DNA of 64,000 bases from Mobula hypostoma (Eukaryota), in assembly GCF_963921235.1 (NCBI RefSeq), contig NC_086105.1, positions 98,332,001 to 98,396,000 on the forward strand. The letters are read 5' to 3'. Position numbers and translations under genes: made by a program. This document shows, in pieces, positions 61,282 to 64,000 of this stretch (the stretch's first letter is position 1; each line of letters opens with the position of its first letter). Under the pieces are notes generated by a model. The model was not told the origin of the DNA, searched no databases, and saw nothing but the letters and a program-made list of their open reading frames with translations.

Positions 61282-62397
61282 GGCTGAGTCCCGTGTTTAG
61301 ATGGAGATGGAAGAAGAGTCCAGAGTGTTTTGCACCATAAACATTCTCAAAGGGCTTTATCACTATAGCAGGTCTGGCCAAAATATGGTTCTGTGCTCCA
61401 CCCCTTGAGCTCATTCTACAGATCAGGATGAAATGGCAATGGACAAAGCAGTGTGAGGTGGCCCTCAAAAAAATAAAGGAAATGGTGATGACAGACTCTG
61501 TACTCACAAATTATGATCAACATCATTCATGCCTTGCCATATGGTACAGAAGCAGTCATGTCACATGTTATGAGTGATAGAAGTCAACATCCCATAGCCT
61601 TTGCATCACATTCCCTTACCACTGCACAGAAACATTATGCACAGATTGACAGAGAGGCCTTGAATCTGGTTTGAGGTGTAAAACGCTTCATCTAGTACTT
61701 GTATGGGAGAGAGCTTACACTAATCATGGAATTGCTAATGGATTTTTCCATTTACCCTTAGAAAAGGAAATAGCTGAAAAATTGACAAAAGAGGACACGC
61801 CTCTTGATGTATTCTCCCTAATGCAAATTGAAAGTCTCTCTGTTACAGCAGAGAAGGTCCAAAGGGAAACCAGAAAAGACCCCACACACCCTCAGGTCTA
61901 CATGACAACCCAAAGTGGCTGGAATGTGCAGCAGAAACTCCAGTCCCCCCCCCCCCACTTTTACTTGTGCTGAGATGAACTTGCCCTTGGCAGAGGTTGC
62001 CTTATGTGGGGATTGAAAGTTGTTGTTCATCCAGTCTGAGAGATGAAGTGCTGGAGGATCTATATGCCGGTCACCTACGCGTGGTCAAAATGGGAGCGCA
62101 GGCTCAGAGTTCTGTTTGGTGGCCTGGTAGATCAGTAAATCGAGCAGCTTGGCCTACACTTTTCAGGATGTTGACATGTCCAGAGAAAGCCATCCAGAGC
62201 TGCTAGAACCACTTCCAGCAGTCCCAGAGTCAACTCTGACAACCACTAGGGAGGAGGTCCCAGAAGCTGAGATATATACACTGTAGATAAGTTGAGGTGC
62301 ATTCTATATTGAGTTGGAGTTTATAGCTAAGCAGGAAAGTGTGCTGTGTATTTAATATATATTAGTAATGTTTGCATAATATTGAAAATATATGATC

Positions 62398-64000
62398 ATA
62401 AGACACAGGAACAGAATTAGGCCACTTGGCCCATTGAGTCTGCTCCACCATTTCATCATGGCTGATCCACTTTTCCTCTCAGCCCCAGTCTCCTGCCCTC
62501 ACCCGAATCCTTTCATGCCCTGAGCAATCAAGAATCGATCAAACTCTGCCTTAAATATACATAAAGGCTTGGCCTCCACAGCTGCCAGTGACAGCAATTC
62601 CATGGATTCACCACTCTCTGGCTAAAGAAATTCCTCATCATCTCCATTCTAAAAGGATGCCCCTCTATTCTGAGGCTGTGTCCTCTGGTCTTAGAATTTC
62701 CCACCCTAGGAAACATCCTTTCCATATCCACTCTGTCAAGGCCTTTCACCATTCGATGTTTCAATTAGGTCATCCCTTATTCTTCTAAATGCCAATGAAT
62801 ACAGGCCCAGAGCCATCAAATGGTCTTCATAAGACAAGCTATTCAATCCTGGAATAATTTTTGTGAACCTCCTTTGAAGCCTCTCCAGTTTTAACACATC
62901 TTTTCTAAGATAAGAGGCCCAAAACAGTTCGCAGTACTCCAAGTGAAGCCTCACCAGTGCTTTACAAAGTCTCAAAATTATATCTTGGCTTTTATATTCT
63001 AGGTCTCTTGAAATGAATGCTAGCATTGCATTTGCCTTCCTCAGCACAGACTCAACCTGCAAGTTGACCTTTAGAGAGTTCTGCACAAGGACGCCCAAGT
63101 TCCTATGCAGCTCAGTTTTTTTTGTATTTTCTCTCTATTTAGAAAGAGAGAATCGGGAGGCGGGAGAAGAAGATGGCGGCACGCCTGCATGTGGCAGCCC
63201 TCCGGTGAAAAATGATACCGTATCGGTTAAATAGGAGCCGTGGACAATTCTGATTTGATGGAGAGTGGACGTGAAAGCACAGAGGAACATCTGGACAAAT
63301 TTCTAAAACACCCGTTTGCTGCTGTCACTACTGTGTGGTCGGGAATCTTTTGGAGGGTAGGCCTCAAAATCCCCAGCCTTGCCTGCTTTTGGCGACCGAG
63401 AAGGAGGTCGAATCGTTCGGATAGAGATGGTGCTCAGTACTCGGTGTCGGAGAGCTGATCAGAGCTCGAAGTTTTCAGATGACTCAGAGTCGGACCGTGG
63501 TCAGCCTGGCAGGGAGAGTTTTTCTTCCTTCTCCCGTTTGTGTGAGATGTGGGACATTTGAGAAACTTTGAACTTTACTGTGCTCATGGACTTCTTCATC
63601 AAGTTATGGTATTGTTACACTGTCTGTAACTATATGTTATGATTATGTGGTTTTTGTCAGTTTTTTCAGTCTTGGTTTGTCCTGTGTTTTGTGATATCAC
63701 ACCGGAGGAAATAATGTATCATTTCTTAATGCATGCATTACTAAATGACAATAAAAGAGGACTATACATCTTCATAATCATCATAAGTAGTCTACCCTTT
63801 CATTTTTCCCACCAAAATGCATGATCATACACATTCCGACACCATATTCCATCTGCCATTTCTTTGCCCATTCTTCTAATCTGTTGAAGTCTTTCTGTAG
63901 CCTTTCCTCAAAACTACTCGCCCCTCCACCCTCCACAAAGCCAGAAATTCCGTCATCCAAATCATTAACATATATCGTAAAAAGAAGCAGTCCCAACACA
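62398..64000 (-). mobile_element. CR1 LINE 3' portion, interrupted at 63146-63785
   Basis: LLFTIYVNDLDDG, WAKKWQMEY, LVRLHLEYC and KTRGHSLRI motifs. Confidence 0.9.
63146..63785 (+). mobile_element. Non-autonomous retroposon, AAGATGGCG family copy 3
   Basis: GAGAAGAAGATGGCGGC at ~63163-63180; shared body; tail AATAAAAGAGGACTATACATCTTCATAATC; splits the CR1 sequence TTTAGAAA|TAGTCTACC. Confidence 0.8.

Larger units (their letters stand above)
51969..62395 (+). mobile_element. Gypsy element A (Mag/K02A2.6-like), highly degraded; hosts several nested insertions
   Basis: 5' LTR 51969-52675 (split by Rex); 3' LTR starts at 62342 and is cut by CR1; gag MTGYIRKIDTF; RT ..FKVTINP|VLKVDQYP..IEDIFANL resumes across the insertion; RNaseH YAQIDREAL; integrase remnant LYAGHL. 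Confidence 0.8.

Noticed and set aside
60593-61507. 304-aa ORF as a host gene
   Set aside because: CR1 ORF2 C-terminus read through into antisense Gypsy sequence.

Overview
Repeat-dense eukaryotic DNA, not a microbial genome. The repeat families (CR1 and Rex1/Babar LINEs, Penelope-like elements, V-SINEs, several Ty3/Gypsy lineages, Tc1, Tigger, hAT MITEs) point to a vertebrate, most likely a cartilaginous fish such as a ray; this is an inference from repeat content. I found no intact host protein-coding gene, and almost all ORFs in the track are transposon fragments or chance ORFs. The most notable feature is a Sushi-like chromovirus LTR retrotransposon (15313-20108). Its RT-RNaseH-integrase core is replaced by an intronless, same-strand, doubly truncated copy of the deubiquitinase gene USP35, which suggests mRNA capture by an LTR element. 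Other highlights: a 1.29-kb non-coding miniature LTR element with TSD, tRNA-Leu PBS and PPT (3460-4746); Penelope-derived palindromic repeats carrying minimal hammerhead-ribozyme motifs; a three-level nest of Gypsy elements from three lineages (51969-62395); and a non-autonomous retroposon family starting with AAGATGGCG. There is an assembly gap at 49781-50129. All calls were made by eye, and boundaries of degraded repeats are approximate.
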